Shown piece by piece: positions 52,601-60,451 of a DNA stretch of 64,000 bases. How positions within the stretch are numbered: the stretch's first letter is position 1; every line of letters starts with the position of its first letter. Both the position numbers and the translations under genes were made by a program. Source of the stretch: a virus; the IMG/VR virus record IMGVR_UViG_3300046171_000138; one strand, given 5' to 3'. The notes beneath the pieces were generated by a model that saw only the letters and a program-made list of their open reading frames with translations, did no database searches and had not been told where the DNA came from.

Positions 52601-53587
52601 ATTGGTACATTCTCTGGTGCAGCAGAATCTATTACTGTCAATCCTCTGGAGAGACAACTTCTATTCTCTGCAACTGGTATTGCAACCTTACGTTCTACTC
52701 GTGCTTACGTTGGAACTGGTTCCCTCTTTGCACTCAACGGTGCAGCAGAATCCAGAGCAGTCGCACCACCAGCAGAGGGTCTATACGAGATCAATGGCGA
52801 AGCAAACATTGTCATCACCCTCTCTCATGTTGGCGAAGGCAACCTATTCAGTTTCGTTACAAGCGAAGAGAAAGTTGCATACGACTATACTGGAGAACAA
52901 GTTCTCTTCACTGTTTCTGGAGAGGCAGTCGAAAGAATTGCCAATGCAGAAACTTTCTTTGGTTCTATCTTCTCGTTCTCTGGAGCAGCAGAAAGAGTTG
53001 CTTATGTACCAAGTCTGCTTGCAGATGTCAACATTGCTGGTCGTGCAGCAACTCCAAGATCCAGAGTATTTACTGGATCTGGAGATCTATATGCATTCGA
53101 CAGTGCAGCAGAATCCAGAACAATTACTTACGAGAACGTCGCAATCTTCGACTTCCTCGGTCAAGTCAAACCTGCTATCACCAAGGCATATGTTGGCGAA
53201 ACAGAAATCAAAACTTCTGGCGCAGCAAAGATTGCATTCGTCAGAGCACCTTACCCTGGTCTGGCAGAAGTTCAACTCTCTGGTATCGCAGACGAGAGAA
53301 CAACTGCCAACCCACCAGAAGAAGGCACAGAAATTACAACCGATGGCGAAGCGAAAGTTCTTCGTTCTTTCGGATACGAAGGATCAGGTCAAATCAAAGT
53401 CAATGTCGATACCATCATCGGCATTTCTCTACGTATCTTTGGTACTGGATCCATCAATGTCAGAGTACATTCCAGATACTTCCCGCTACTCCAGCACAGA
53501 GCAGACGTTCATATCCTTATCGCTGGCAGCGCAGCAACTGTCAAGATTGATGTTGCGCCAGCTCGTACATACGGATGGATTATTTAA
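46628..53587 (+). CDS. Giant repeat-rich structural protein (2319 aa)
   Basis: Many G(S/T)G.LF...G.A.E repeats and DYG/DWG repeats; located in the late module. Confidence 0.8.
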   Translation: MVFSYAGTGRMPQFVAYEALGVISYSYTASVLNEFIKLDFGSIGLAYWVIADHANKVIQDYKDDQIINLTEDGGVVSQFDYGSILEVEAVAQDDWGLITDTSNIETMGRTHFHSLTTWSVIKTWIGSGTVFEFGGSRYRLDAPYIVSGTLRVDGNANTHYVPAIATEGLLPLRSDTKIAYAPNWNVFGTLFSGSFAGEAVTKVFPEDPDYTIKQGSLTTLTAADLSSGYGAVYDGSRYTSSSGAGTSPTNGFAVGPHVRFGTAFDPGSSSSTSRKVEYDLDLTGIEEITFRLVMGSGTNGGETPENNEHLWMRYLDTGLSNADASRKLLDHTETTYTTPGDKTVTVPVEARRPNQTIRIYQLSWTGTYEFDHYGFISLSYGSEVVVGGDGDQRNNLFNVGGDAGISFRPNWVGSGVLFNFSTTTFSQTYDYVGEGTLFGISSTEEKVVWDYNNSSIDYFTYENFGSVAEAPINSITIQSIANETIESRANERIIDLIVPGSSVGAFLDFGTILTDGVQTPSTVGLDWGEILTNQTDYPFGLFPINGTAKQVFTPNFIGSGVLFSFGEGIGRTKPRWIAYVQIGISGVAKTNFSLLHKGSGNLFSFNNGEDRRAYVYSGSGALYAFSGASESVGADYPDSTALLPIAGAAGVAFAPNWITEGTVKTEGTAVERQTDHYQGSGTLFNFETADEAVAYHYSSTSNAIFNYRNYGSVADTPINSITIQSIANDTIESRKDERIIDLIVAGSSVGQFLDSGFILLGGEDAPETVREDYGSIMESISRYAMGDFLFEGEADLARTRTHIGTGNLFAFVEGRGRTKPRWIANVLIEVSGKGDTPRARSFVGEGVLFNLNNAEDRRAYAYSGSGALYAISGASESVGADYPDSTALLPITGAARVSFTPNWISEGVATLTGASVERQTDHYQGSGTLFNFETADEAVAYHYSSTSNDIFEYRNYGSVADTPIESITIQSIANETIESRKDDRIIDLVESGSTSGSYLNYGFILLDGEDAPETIREDYGSIMESISRYAMGDFLVQGEAATVRTRTHIGSGDIKINVATIVSVPPKWTSDIFVDVTGEVVDSVTKTFTGSGDLFNFVSADERRAFGYQSTGTLYAVNGAAEVFGANPPDITTNLQVSGSAAVAFVPNWNGSGDVSIFGQLVERAAVNPPARGNLFGFSNADDRRTYSYNQSSTDLYVDVDYGFVASPVIDSWVIANHASKVIEDYKDDKLFDLVESGGGDFIDYGFIETANLAGLPGANNLPDATEDYGTIIDPQYERSIYPMGHLFKFSGLSGGVKVVINLRHIAVLTKPTLKFSGEASIRLPNVHSGSGVLFSTGGAAESATFSEIKDGLFEFVGFAATSYTPNFNGGGTIRLDGRASSAVAFAGFQENTIVLRGIAGQKYLPSYAGSGFISTLSGAAEAVTASPDDLFGLFDFVGTAAEKATAAYVGSGSLFALSGAVEAVTAAEEKRNLIKVSGNAAERFIPNFNGSGSLSVLIGAAESRTASPDPFFTLFDFTGRGSVRATIAESGFALLSVSGTTEPEILTFAEQPFGTATIFGQGGERFVPSYVGFGRIAALSGAAESLTVNPLERQLLFSMGGVAGERFAAAPQVKGTEIKLQGEIATPLRTFAEQPFGVVPVSGIADERFVDVYGGFGTLFSGGFTSESITFKIPPVREGDILFRGSAVEAIGFNPPDITTHIILSGEGVVPLRTFAEQPTVRIATRGTAVERQTDAYLGTGAIFSNGFTSESVTKRLPEFTAHLNVTGLAEEKATFREIFFGSLFKFRGSAGRALLTFAEQPQTLSKISGVAATTRARDFIGDGNIATLSGAAEAATFNPLEKDLLFDVTGIAAERRTNTFVGTGQIKIYPEAADIRFTPNWNVEGVIPVSGTAVERVARDEVVRVLIGTFSGAAEAVTFNPLEKDALFSFTGRATIASAVSEVKRVELAVFAEPVKVHVVAVPPPGEGTATISGVGVERSARDYIGQIHIGTFSGAAESITVNPLERQLLFSATGIATLRSTRAYVGTGSLFALNGAAESRAVAPPAEGLYEINGEANIVITLSHVGEGNLFSFVTSEEKVAYDYTGEQVLFTVSGEAVERIANAETFFGSIFSFSGAAERVAYVPSLLADVNIAGRAATPRSRVFTGSGDLYAFDSAAESRTITYENVAIFDFLGQVKPAITKAYVGETEIKTSGAAKIAFVRAPYPGLAEVQLSGIADERTTANPPEEGTEITTDGEAKVLRSFGYEGSGQIKVNVDTIIGISLRIFGTGSINVRVHSRYFPLLQHRADVHILIAGSAATVKIDVAPARTYGWII
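48452..49927 (+). repeat. Near-tandem 738-bp (246-codon) intragenic duplication
   Basis: GAAGAT..AGAGCATATG.ATACAGCGGTTCAGGTGCCCTCTATGC at 48452 and 49190; long identical runs with mostly synonymous differences. Confidence 0.9.
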
Positions 53588-53590
53588 TGA

Positions 53591-53598
53591 TATAAATA
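53591..53598 (+). promoter_or_regulatory. T4-type late promoter
   Basis: TATAAATA. Confidence 0.75.
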
Positions 53599-53623
53599 AC
53601 CTCGGTATCCTAAATTAATTTTA

Positions 53624-54082
53624 ATGACTACCCAGGTACAATTTAGGCGTGGTACTACTGCCGAACATGCTCATTTTGCGGGAGCGCAAGGTGAGTTAAC
53701 AATTGATACTGATAAAAATATGGCGGTTGTCCATGATGGGACAACTAATGGTGGATTTGATGTTTTTCGTGCAAGGTGGGAGTATTTAAACACAAGTGTT
53801 ACACTCGGAACAAGTCTTCGATATCTCGTAGACACATCAGGAGGACCACTAACTCTAACCTTGCCTCTATATAACAATCAATTGGTTCCTAAATCAGGGG
53901 ACACGTTGGAGTTCATTGATATTAATTTTTCATGGGATACAAATAATGTAACAATCGTCGATCCAATTGGCAGACAATTCCAAAATACATTTGGAGTTGT
54001 TTCCAGTCCTTTAGTATTTGACTTGAAAGGAGCGAGAGTGCAACTAATTTGGGACGGTAACTACTGGAGAGTAATTGTATGA
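53624..54082 (+). CDS. Fibre protein with Mtd-N/hyaluronidase-type N-terminal domain
   Basis: QVQFRRGTTAEH...GELTIDTD...VHDG.T.GG followed by the DTSGGPLTLTLP module. Confidence 0.8.
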   Translation: MTTQVQFRRGTTAEHAHFAGAQGELTIDTDKNMAVVHDGTTNGGFDVFRARWEYLNTSVTLGTSLRYLVDTSGGPLTLTLPLYNNQLVPKSGDTLEFIDINFSWDTNNVTIVDPIGRQFQNTFGVVSSPLVFDLKGARVQLIWDGNYWRVIV

Positions 54083-54471
54083 CAATGTTTATTAGCGACA
54101 GCTATCAACAACAAGGTGGTGGGGGAACATCTGTATCTTCCAATAATTACACCCTAGGCAACGACTTTAGTATCCATGCTTTACGTAGGGATGCTGATGG
54201 AATGCTACGTTACACTAAAATTAGAAGTATTGATGACGAGACAGGTGATTTCTTTCGTTTAGATGGAAGTTCCTATCTTGATATTGCAACTGGTGCGTAT
54301 GACTACGTAGAAGAAACTACAGAAGAGAAGTCATATTCAAATAATCCGCAAGATAAATACCAACAGTATAGATTTGATAGTCGTAAGATTAGCTATTTTG
54401 TTGATGATGACGGATACTTTGTAATTCGTTTCAATGAAAATTATGATTATTCCACCGAAGGACCCAAATAA
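54079..54471 (+). CDS. Hypothetical virion-associated protein
   Basis: ORF; ATGA overlap; YQQYRFDSRKISYFVDDDGYFVIR. Confidence 0.7.
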   Translation: MTMFISDSYQQQGGGGTSVSSNNYTLGNDFSIHALRRDADGMLRYTKIRSIDDETGDFFRLDGSSYLDIATGAYDYVEETTEEKSYSNNPQDKYQQYRFDSRKISYFVDDDGYFVIRFNENYDYSTEGPK

Positions 54472-54486
54472 TAAGGCAGCATAAAC

Positions 54487-57400
54487 ATGGCAGATTTCAG
54501 ATTAGGCAGACTTAAGTTTAATTGGAGGGGCGACTGGACAGTCGCAACTGCATACGTTATCGATGATATCGTAAAGTTTGGCGCAAACACCTATGTTTGT
54601 GTTTCCAACCATACGTCGGTATCAAACGAAGCGCAGTGGTATTCGGGCGATGGCGCTAGATGGCAAGTCCATACCGAAGGCATTTACAATCGTGGAGATT
54701 GGGCAGATGCAACCTTCTACAAATTAAACGATATCGTAAAGTACGGTAACGATCAATACCGTGTAACCGTTGCCCACACCTCTAGCGGTACATTCGCTTC
54801 AGCAAATTTCATTTCTTATGTCAATGGACTTAAGTTTGAAGATTCCTGGGACACTAATACCGAGTATCAATCTGGTGACATTGTAACCTTTGGTGGTTAC
54901 TCTTATGTTGCCCTTTCTACTTCTACAGGTGCTGCACCAAACAACCTTGGCGCTAGTTGGGAAATTCTAACAACTGGTTTTAAAGTTGTAGGTACATGGA
55001 GCAATAGCACAGCATACAAACCTGGTGACGTTGTACTACTTGGTGGTAACTCATACGTTGCTAAAACAACTAATACCAACTCTACACCATCAGCTGCTTC
55101 TGCTGATTGGGACTTCGTTGTTGGTGGTTTCACCTGGAGAGGTGTTTGGAGTTCGACAGAAACATATCAGCCTGGTGATGCAATCTCCAGAGCGTCTAAC
55201 TCTTACATCTGTGTTGCCGAGTCTACTAACAATACCCCAGAGACAGACGTTAATGGAGACTATTGGAACTCCCTGACTCAAGGAGCTCAATCCAACGTCT
55301 TGACAGATGCTGGTGATGTTCTTTATATTTCGGGTTCTGGTGCTGCCAGACTACCTATTGGAGCCAGCGGTCAAGTTCTGACAGTTGATTCTAACGGTTA
55401 TCCTGCTTGGGAAAAAAGTAATGCAACCGATCCTGTTTACTATGTTACTGTCAATGGCAGTGATCTAAACAGTGGCGAGAATATTACCAAGTCATTTGGT
55501 TCACTACGTTACGCTCTAGATAACGTTACTGGTCCTGCAACTATTTACGTTAAGGCAGGTACGTATAACGAAACTCTACCAATGTTCGTTCCCGAGAATA
55601 TCTCGATCATTGGTGATAACATGAGAACTACTGTTATCAAACCAAACGTTGGTGCAAATTCTTCTACACAGAAACTGACACTAGCTACAGTTCCTGATGC
55701 TGCTTTAAGAGTTATTGGCGAAACATGCACCAACGGTGCTGGCGATAAGACTGCACAAATCATCGATGTTAAAGATGGTGGTGGTACTATTGATATCATG
55801 CCTATTACTGGTGGTGACTGGACAGTTTCAGATACTTTCGAGGCTGGCACTAATGATGTTGTAATCAATCAGGTTGCACCAATCCTTAATCAGAACTCAA
55901 CGTTGTTCTACCTGTCTAACAGATCCATGCTTAAGGATTTGGTTATGGACGGTATGGCAGGATTTGTTCCTTCAGCATCTGATCCAAAAGATCTTAACAC
56001 CGCAACGATTGAGGGTGTATTTGTAAGACTCAACCCTAACTCCCCAATTACCAAGTCTCCTTACGTTTCGCAGTGTTCTGCGTTCTCCCAGACTGGTGTT
56101 GGTGCTATCGTTGATGGTAGTGTTCATAACAAGTATGACGGAACTGGAACTCCTTCTAACAAGTCAATCGTTTTTGACTCCTGGACTAACATCCACGAGA
56201 ACGGTGGTGTAGGTTTCTGGATTACAAATAACGGCGCTGCTGAAATTGTATCCTGTTTCACATACTACTGTCACGTTTCTTACTGCTCCACTAGAGGTGG
56301 TAGAATCAGATCTCTTGCAGGTAACTCTTCCTGGGGTACTTATGCTATTGTATCTTCTGGTTTCAACGAAAATGAAACTACCCTCGACGGATTTGTCGAT
56401 GGTCTAGAACTGAACTATGATCTGACCACACTTTCTGCTGGTACATCTTTTGAGAAAGATGAGCAGATGGTCGGTGGTACGTCTGGTGCTGTTGGTGAAG
56501 TTACTAGCTTCCAACCTTCTGCAGATAAGATTCTATTCCGTCCTCTCAAGGGAACATTCGTTCAGAACGAAGTTGTTACTGGTCAAACATCAGGAGCAAC
56601 GGCAACTCTGGTCAACAACTCCGATGCACAGAAAGGACAAAACGGATTTACCTTTGTTCTTGGCGGCATGACTGCTGCTCCAGATCCAGGTGGTTCGATT
56701 GAATATGTAACTGGTCCTGGTGGTGCTGGTGCTGATCAATTCACATATGTTGTTGCAAACTCTTCTTATAACGCACCATCTGGTCGTGGCGAACTAACAG
56801 TAACTAGAGCACTTCTAGGTTCTGCTGCTGCAACTCATGACGGTTTGAGCACGATTACTAGATATCAAACTGGTACTGCAACATCTCTATCTGCACCTAT
56901 TAGTAGTGCAGCAGATGTAACTATTCAAGTTTCTTCTATTACTGGTATTAACACTGGTGGTTATATCATTATCGGAAACGAAATGATGGAAGTTGTTGCT
57001 TTCCCAACTGCAACATCAGTTACTGTTGTTAGAGGAGTAGAAGGAACTTCTGCTTCCACACATACATCTGGTATAACTGTTAGAGCACTTCAAATTAAGG
57101 TTCCTTCCCAAACTACAACTGCTAGAGACCTCACTGCTAGTGATACAATCATCTTGGTTGAGACTGCAACTGGTACTCTATCAGCTGATTACATCAAGAT
57201 TGATAATGAGTTTATGCAAGTTGCTACATCTGCAACAATTACAACTGGTACTGTTACCATTGTTCTTGCAGAAACAAAACCAACACCATCTTACGATCGT
57301 CAACTAACTAGAGTTAGATATCTTTATTCACAAGTTAGACTAACTGGTCATGACTTCCTAGATATCGGTACTGGTAATAAGACACAAACTAACTGGCCTG

Positions 57401-57756
57401 GTCTGCCACTTTCGGCACCTGCACCTGGCAACGAAGTTACTGAAGATTTCCCAGGTCGTGTATTCTACGTTTCAACTGACCAAGATGGTAACTTTACCGT
57501 TGGTCGTTACTTTAAGGTTAACCAGTCAACTGGTAGCACAACCTTGAATGCATCTTCCTTCGATCTTTCTGGTCTATCATCCTTGAGACTCGGTTCTATC
57601 GGTGCTCAAATTGGTGAATCAATTGATGAATTCTCCAGCGACGTTACACTGTCCGCTAATAGCAACGCTAAAGTTCCTACACAGAAGGCAGTTAAGACTT
57701 ACGTTGATACTAAAACGAAGACGAAAGGCTTCACTTTCTGGGCGGGAGCAATGTGA
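54487..57756 (+). CDS. Tail fibre/spike with carbohydrate-binding-type repeats and a probable beta-helix domain
   Basis: MADFRLGRLKFNWRGDW; about six W...T.Y..GD.V..G..Y repeats; VYYVTVNGSD...GEN...KSF...I.VKAG.Y.E and SPYVSQCS. Confidence 0.8.
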   Translation: MADFRLGRLKFNWRGDWTVATAYVIDDIVKFGANTYVCVSNHTSVSNEAQWYSGDGARWQVHTEGIYNRGDWADATFYKLNDIVKYGNDQYRVTVAHTSSGTFASANFISYVNGLKFEDSWDTNTEYQSGDIVTFGGYSYVALSTSTGAAPNNLGASWEILTTGFKVVGTWSNSTAYKPGDVVLLGGNSYVAKTTNTNSTPSAASADWDFVVGGFTWRGVWSSTETYQPGDAISRASNSYICVAESTNNTPETDVNGDYWNSLTQGAQSNVLTDAGDVLYISGSGAARLPIGASGQVLTVDSNGYPAWEKSNATDPVYYVTVNGSDLNSGENITKSFGSLRYALDNVTGPATIYVKAGTYNETLPMFVPENISIIGDNMRTTVIKPNVGANSSTQKLTLATVPDAALRVIGETCTNGAGDKTAQIIDVKDGGGTIDIMPITGGDWTVSDTFEAGTNDVVINQVAPILNQNSTLFYLSNRSMLKDLVMDGMAGFVPSASDPKDLNTATIEGVFVRLNPNSPITKSPYVSQCSAFSQTGVGAIVDGSVHNKYDGTGTPSNKSIVFDSWTNIHENGGVGFWITNNGAAEIVSCFTYYCHVSYCSTRGGRIRSLAGNSSWGTYAIVSSGFNENETTLDGFVDGLELNYDLTTLSAGTSFEKDEQMVGGTSGAVGEVTSFQPSADKILFRPLKGTFVQNEVVTGQTSGATATLVNNSDAQKGQNGFTFVLGGMTAAPDPGGSIEYVTGPGGAGADQFTYVVANSSYNAPSGRGELTVTRALLGSAAATHDGLSTITRYQTGTATSLSAPISSAADVTIQVSSITGINTGGYIIIGNEMMEVVAFPTATSVTVVRGVEGTSASTHTSGITVRALQIKVPSQTTTARDLTASDTIILVETATGTLSADYIKIDNEFMQVATSATITTGTVTIVLAETKPTPSYDRQLTRVRYLYSQVRLTGHDFLDIGTGNKTQTNWPGLPLSAPAPGNEVTEDFPGRVFYVSTDQDGNFTVGRYFKVNQSTGSTTLNASSFDLSGLSSLRLGSIGAQIGESIDEFSSDVTLSANSNAKVPTQKAVKTYVDTKTKTKGFTFWAGAM

Positions 57757-57765
57757 TCCCCACTT

Positions 57766-57773
57766 TATAAATA
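57766..57773 (+). promoter_or_regulatory. T4-type late promoter
   Basis: TATAAATA. Confidence 0.75.
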
Positions 57774-57818
57774 TTACAGATAAACTACGACATTCGGAAC
57801 ATTTAAGGAGTAATCAAC

Positions 57819-58139
57819 ATGGCTTCTGGCATCCTGGGGACACAAGCTTCCCTTTCAGCTAACACACTAACCACAGTTTACACAGTCCCTGCATCAACTG
57901 TTGCATACGTAAACTTCAACATCGTCAACACCAACGCTACAGCAGTTAGCGTTCGTGTTGCTATTTCTGCTACTGGAACTCCAACTGGTGCAGAATACAT
58001 TGAGTATAATGCAGAAATTGCAGGATACGGAATTCTGGAGAGAACTGGTATTGCGTTGCAATCAACCAAAAACCTCGTGGTACTTTCTGATACCGCGAAC
58101 GTCAGCGTCTCGGCGTATGGCGTAGAAGAAGAGGCTTGA
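57819..58139 (+). CDS. Small virion structural protein
   Basis: MASGILG...TTVYTVP...VCN-like FNIVN...VRVAI...LERTGI..G.EE pattern. Confidence 0.75.
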   Translation: MASGILGTQASLSANTLTTVYTVPASTVAYVNFNIVNTNATAVSVRVAISATGTPTGAEYIEYNAEIAGYGILERTGIALQSTKNLVVLSDTANVSVSAYGVEEEA

Positions 58140-58167
58140 TAAATAATCCAAAGGAGTTATAAAAACA

Positions 58168-58494
58168 ATGGGACGCAACCTATCACAAGTTATCTCACAA
58201 AGATACACAGTAGCAATTACAGCAGATCACGATATTCTTTCAGGAGAAATTCTTCTGATTGATACTGTCGCTGGCACAGAACTTACACTCACTCTTCCTG
58301 CTAATCCATCTGCAGGTGATCGTGTCAATCTAATTGACGCCGCTGGTCAGTGTGGAACCACTAAAGCGGTTATTGCTAGAAACGGTAATAAAATTGCCAA
58401 CCTGGCAGAAGACCTAGATTTTGATATTAAGAATGCATCACTTGAACTAATCTACACTGGATCTTCTTACGGTTGGTCGATCCTTTCTAACTAA
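58168..58494 (+). CDS. Small fibre-associated protein
   Basis: DT...LTLTLPANPSAGDRV..IDAAG...IARNGNKI...L.Y...GW module, shared with the C-terminus of 53624-54082. Confidence 0.75.
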   Translation: MGRNLSQVISQRYTVAITADHDILSGEILLIDTVAGTELTLTLPANPSAGDRVNLIDAAGQCGTTKAVIARNGNKIANLAEDLDFDIKNASLELIYTGSSYGWSILSN

Positions 58495-58517
58495 TACTAA
58501 TAGGGAGGTATTGACAG

Positions 58518-59459
58518 ATGTCTAGTTTAAGAGATCTACTGGATGTTGCCACAACAGATGGCATTCCAGTAGCAACGTATTACGGTCCACAAAACGCTCA
58601 CCAGATCTGGTGGCGTGGAGGACATTGCTGGTACTACGAGAGTAGTCACAATTACCATTGGGCAGAAAACCGCTGGTGTGTTCCATCATGCTGCGTCTGT
58701 AAAGTACAGTTTGAAGTTTGGGGCGGCGGCGGAGGCGGCGGCGGTTCATGCTGCTGTATGTCTGGTGTCAATGGTTATTCTGGTCAATACAATAAATTTA
58801 CTGTTTGTGCAGCTGCACAAGGTGTGAACCAATTGGATCAATGCTGCTACGTGATGTGTGCTGGTACTATTACTTGCAGACACCCAGGTAACGGCGGTTT
58901 TGATGGATGCAAATCATTTGTTGTCGGTCCTGGTCTTGATAACTTCTGCGCTTGCGGTGGTTGTCACGGTTATTCTTGCTGCTTCGGTGGCGGTTCCTCT
59001 AGATGGGGTTGTCGCTTCAGAATGAACTGGCAGACAGGTCAGCCACATTGCAGATGGCAGTGTGATAAGTCTGGTGGAGAATACAGCGAATCACGTACCA
59101 ATCGTGATGCTGCTTGCGAACTTGGTCGTGAGTATTGGGGTCAAGTTGGTTCTTACAACCAGATGGACTGCCAAGAGTGTGGTAACTGGTGTATGATGAA
59201 ACACTCCTCACCATTTGCTCCTTACCAAGATGGTAAGTTTGGTACATTCAACCACCAAAGACACCATTCAATGGCTACTTGTGGTAGAACTGAAACGCAG
59301 TGGATTACAGGTAATAATGGAGGCATCTCTGGAGATTGCCACAGAAGCGGTCCTCCTGGTCACGGTGGATTCTCCTCCGACACATTCGGTGGCGGTTGCT
59401 GCTGCTCTTCTGAAGGCGCTGCAGGTCTAGTTAAAGTCACATGGTATTGCAAGGTATAA
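58518..59459 (+). CDS. Cys/Gly-rich protein, paralogue 1
   Basis: 32 Cys in 313 aa (manual count); FEVWGGGGGGGGSCCC, NFCACGG, GGGCCC. Confidence 0.8.
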   Translation: MSSLRDLLDVATTDGIPVATYYGPQNAHQIWWRGGHCWYYESSHNYHWAENRWCVPSCCVCKVQFEVWGGGGGGGGSCCCMSGVNGYSGQYNKFTVCAAAQGVNQLDQCCYVMCAGTITCRHPGNGGFDGCKSFVVGPGLDNFCACGGCHGYSCCFGGGSSRWGCRFRMNWQTGQPHCRWQCDKSGGEYSESRTNRDAACELGREYWGQVGSYNQMDCQECGNWCMMKHSSPFAPYQDGKFGTFNHQRHHSMATCGRTETQWITGNNGGISGDCHRSGPPGHGGFSSDTFGGGCCCSSEGAAGLVKVTWYCKV

Positions 59460-59463
59460 ACTA

Positions 59464-60418
59464 ATGGCAAATTTACGAGGTCTCCTGGGAAAGGAATTCG
59501 ATTCTACTGTTCTAGAAACTGCTGGGCAATACGGTAGTTACGAAAAAATTAGAGATGGTAAGGTGTATAACTTCGCACCTTACTGTCAACTTAAGTTGCG
59601 ATAGTAGTTATCGTGGTTATTGCCAAGAGTATTGGTGTATGCCATGTGGTACTACACAAGCTACTTTCGAGATTTGGGGTGGTGGCGGATCTGGTGGTGG
59701 CGCTTGCTGTTGCCAACAGGGTATGCCTGGTGGATCTGGTTCTTATTCCAGAAAAACTATCACCAGTGCAGATGGTTATGGTGACATGGGTGGTTGGTGT
59801 TTCTCACTTAAGGTTGCAGAACCCACTTGCTGCTCACAGTGTTGTGTTGGTATTCAAGGTTGCAAAACATATATCTGTGGTAAGAACAGTTCTGCACAGA
59901 GTGCCATTGGTAGTAACTTCTGTGCAGACGGTGGACTACCTGGCAAGACTTGCTGTTATGCATACTGGGACACTCAATTCAGATGTCTAGATAGAGTTTA
60001 TTGGACAGGTTGTGGTGGATACGATCCTGCTACTGATGGTCCTAACGCCTATGGCGGTGATGAGAACATTAAGGGACATCCAGGATTCTTCCGAATCTAT
60101 AATACATCTAGCAACTGCTGGGCGAAGATGGGAATGGCTTACCCACCCCGTCTAATTGACAAAGAAGGTGGACACTTGATTTCCAGCGTTAGAGGAAATG
60201 CTTGTATCAATGATCGTACCTTCTGTCAAGGAACCACTCCATGGGCATTCAATGCTAATTGTAATCCTACTCTACCTGGTGTAGGTGGTCCTTCATCAAC
60301 ATCTTGTGGTGGTAGTTGCTGTTACGGTCATAGAGGATCTGGTGGATATATTAAGATTACATATTGCTCCTGCTGGATGGGTGTGAATCGTGACTGTGCA
60401 TACCACTTCTGTAACTAA
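59464..60418 (+). CDS. Cys/Gly-rich protein, paralogue 2, with an apparent +1 frameshift near 59587
   Basis: MANLRGLLG... (stop 59602-59604) continues in the +1 frame NLSCDSSYRGYC...FEIWGGGGSGGGACCC. Confidence 0.7.
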
Positions 60419-60451
60419 TATCTAAATAGCATATAACAAGGAAAAGTACCG

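Noticed and set aside
15073-57000. Numerous 60-200 aa minus-strand and off-frame ORFs within structural genes
   Set aside because: Expected from the codon bias of the sense genes; no recognisable domains or expression signals.
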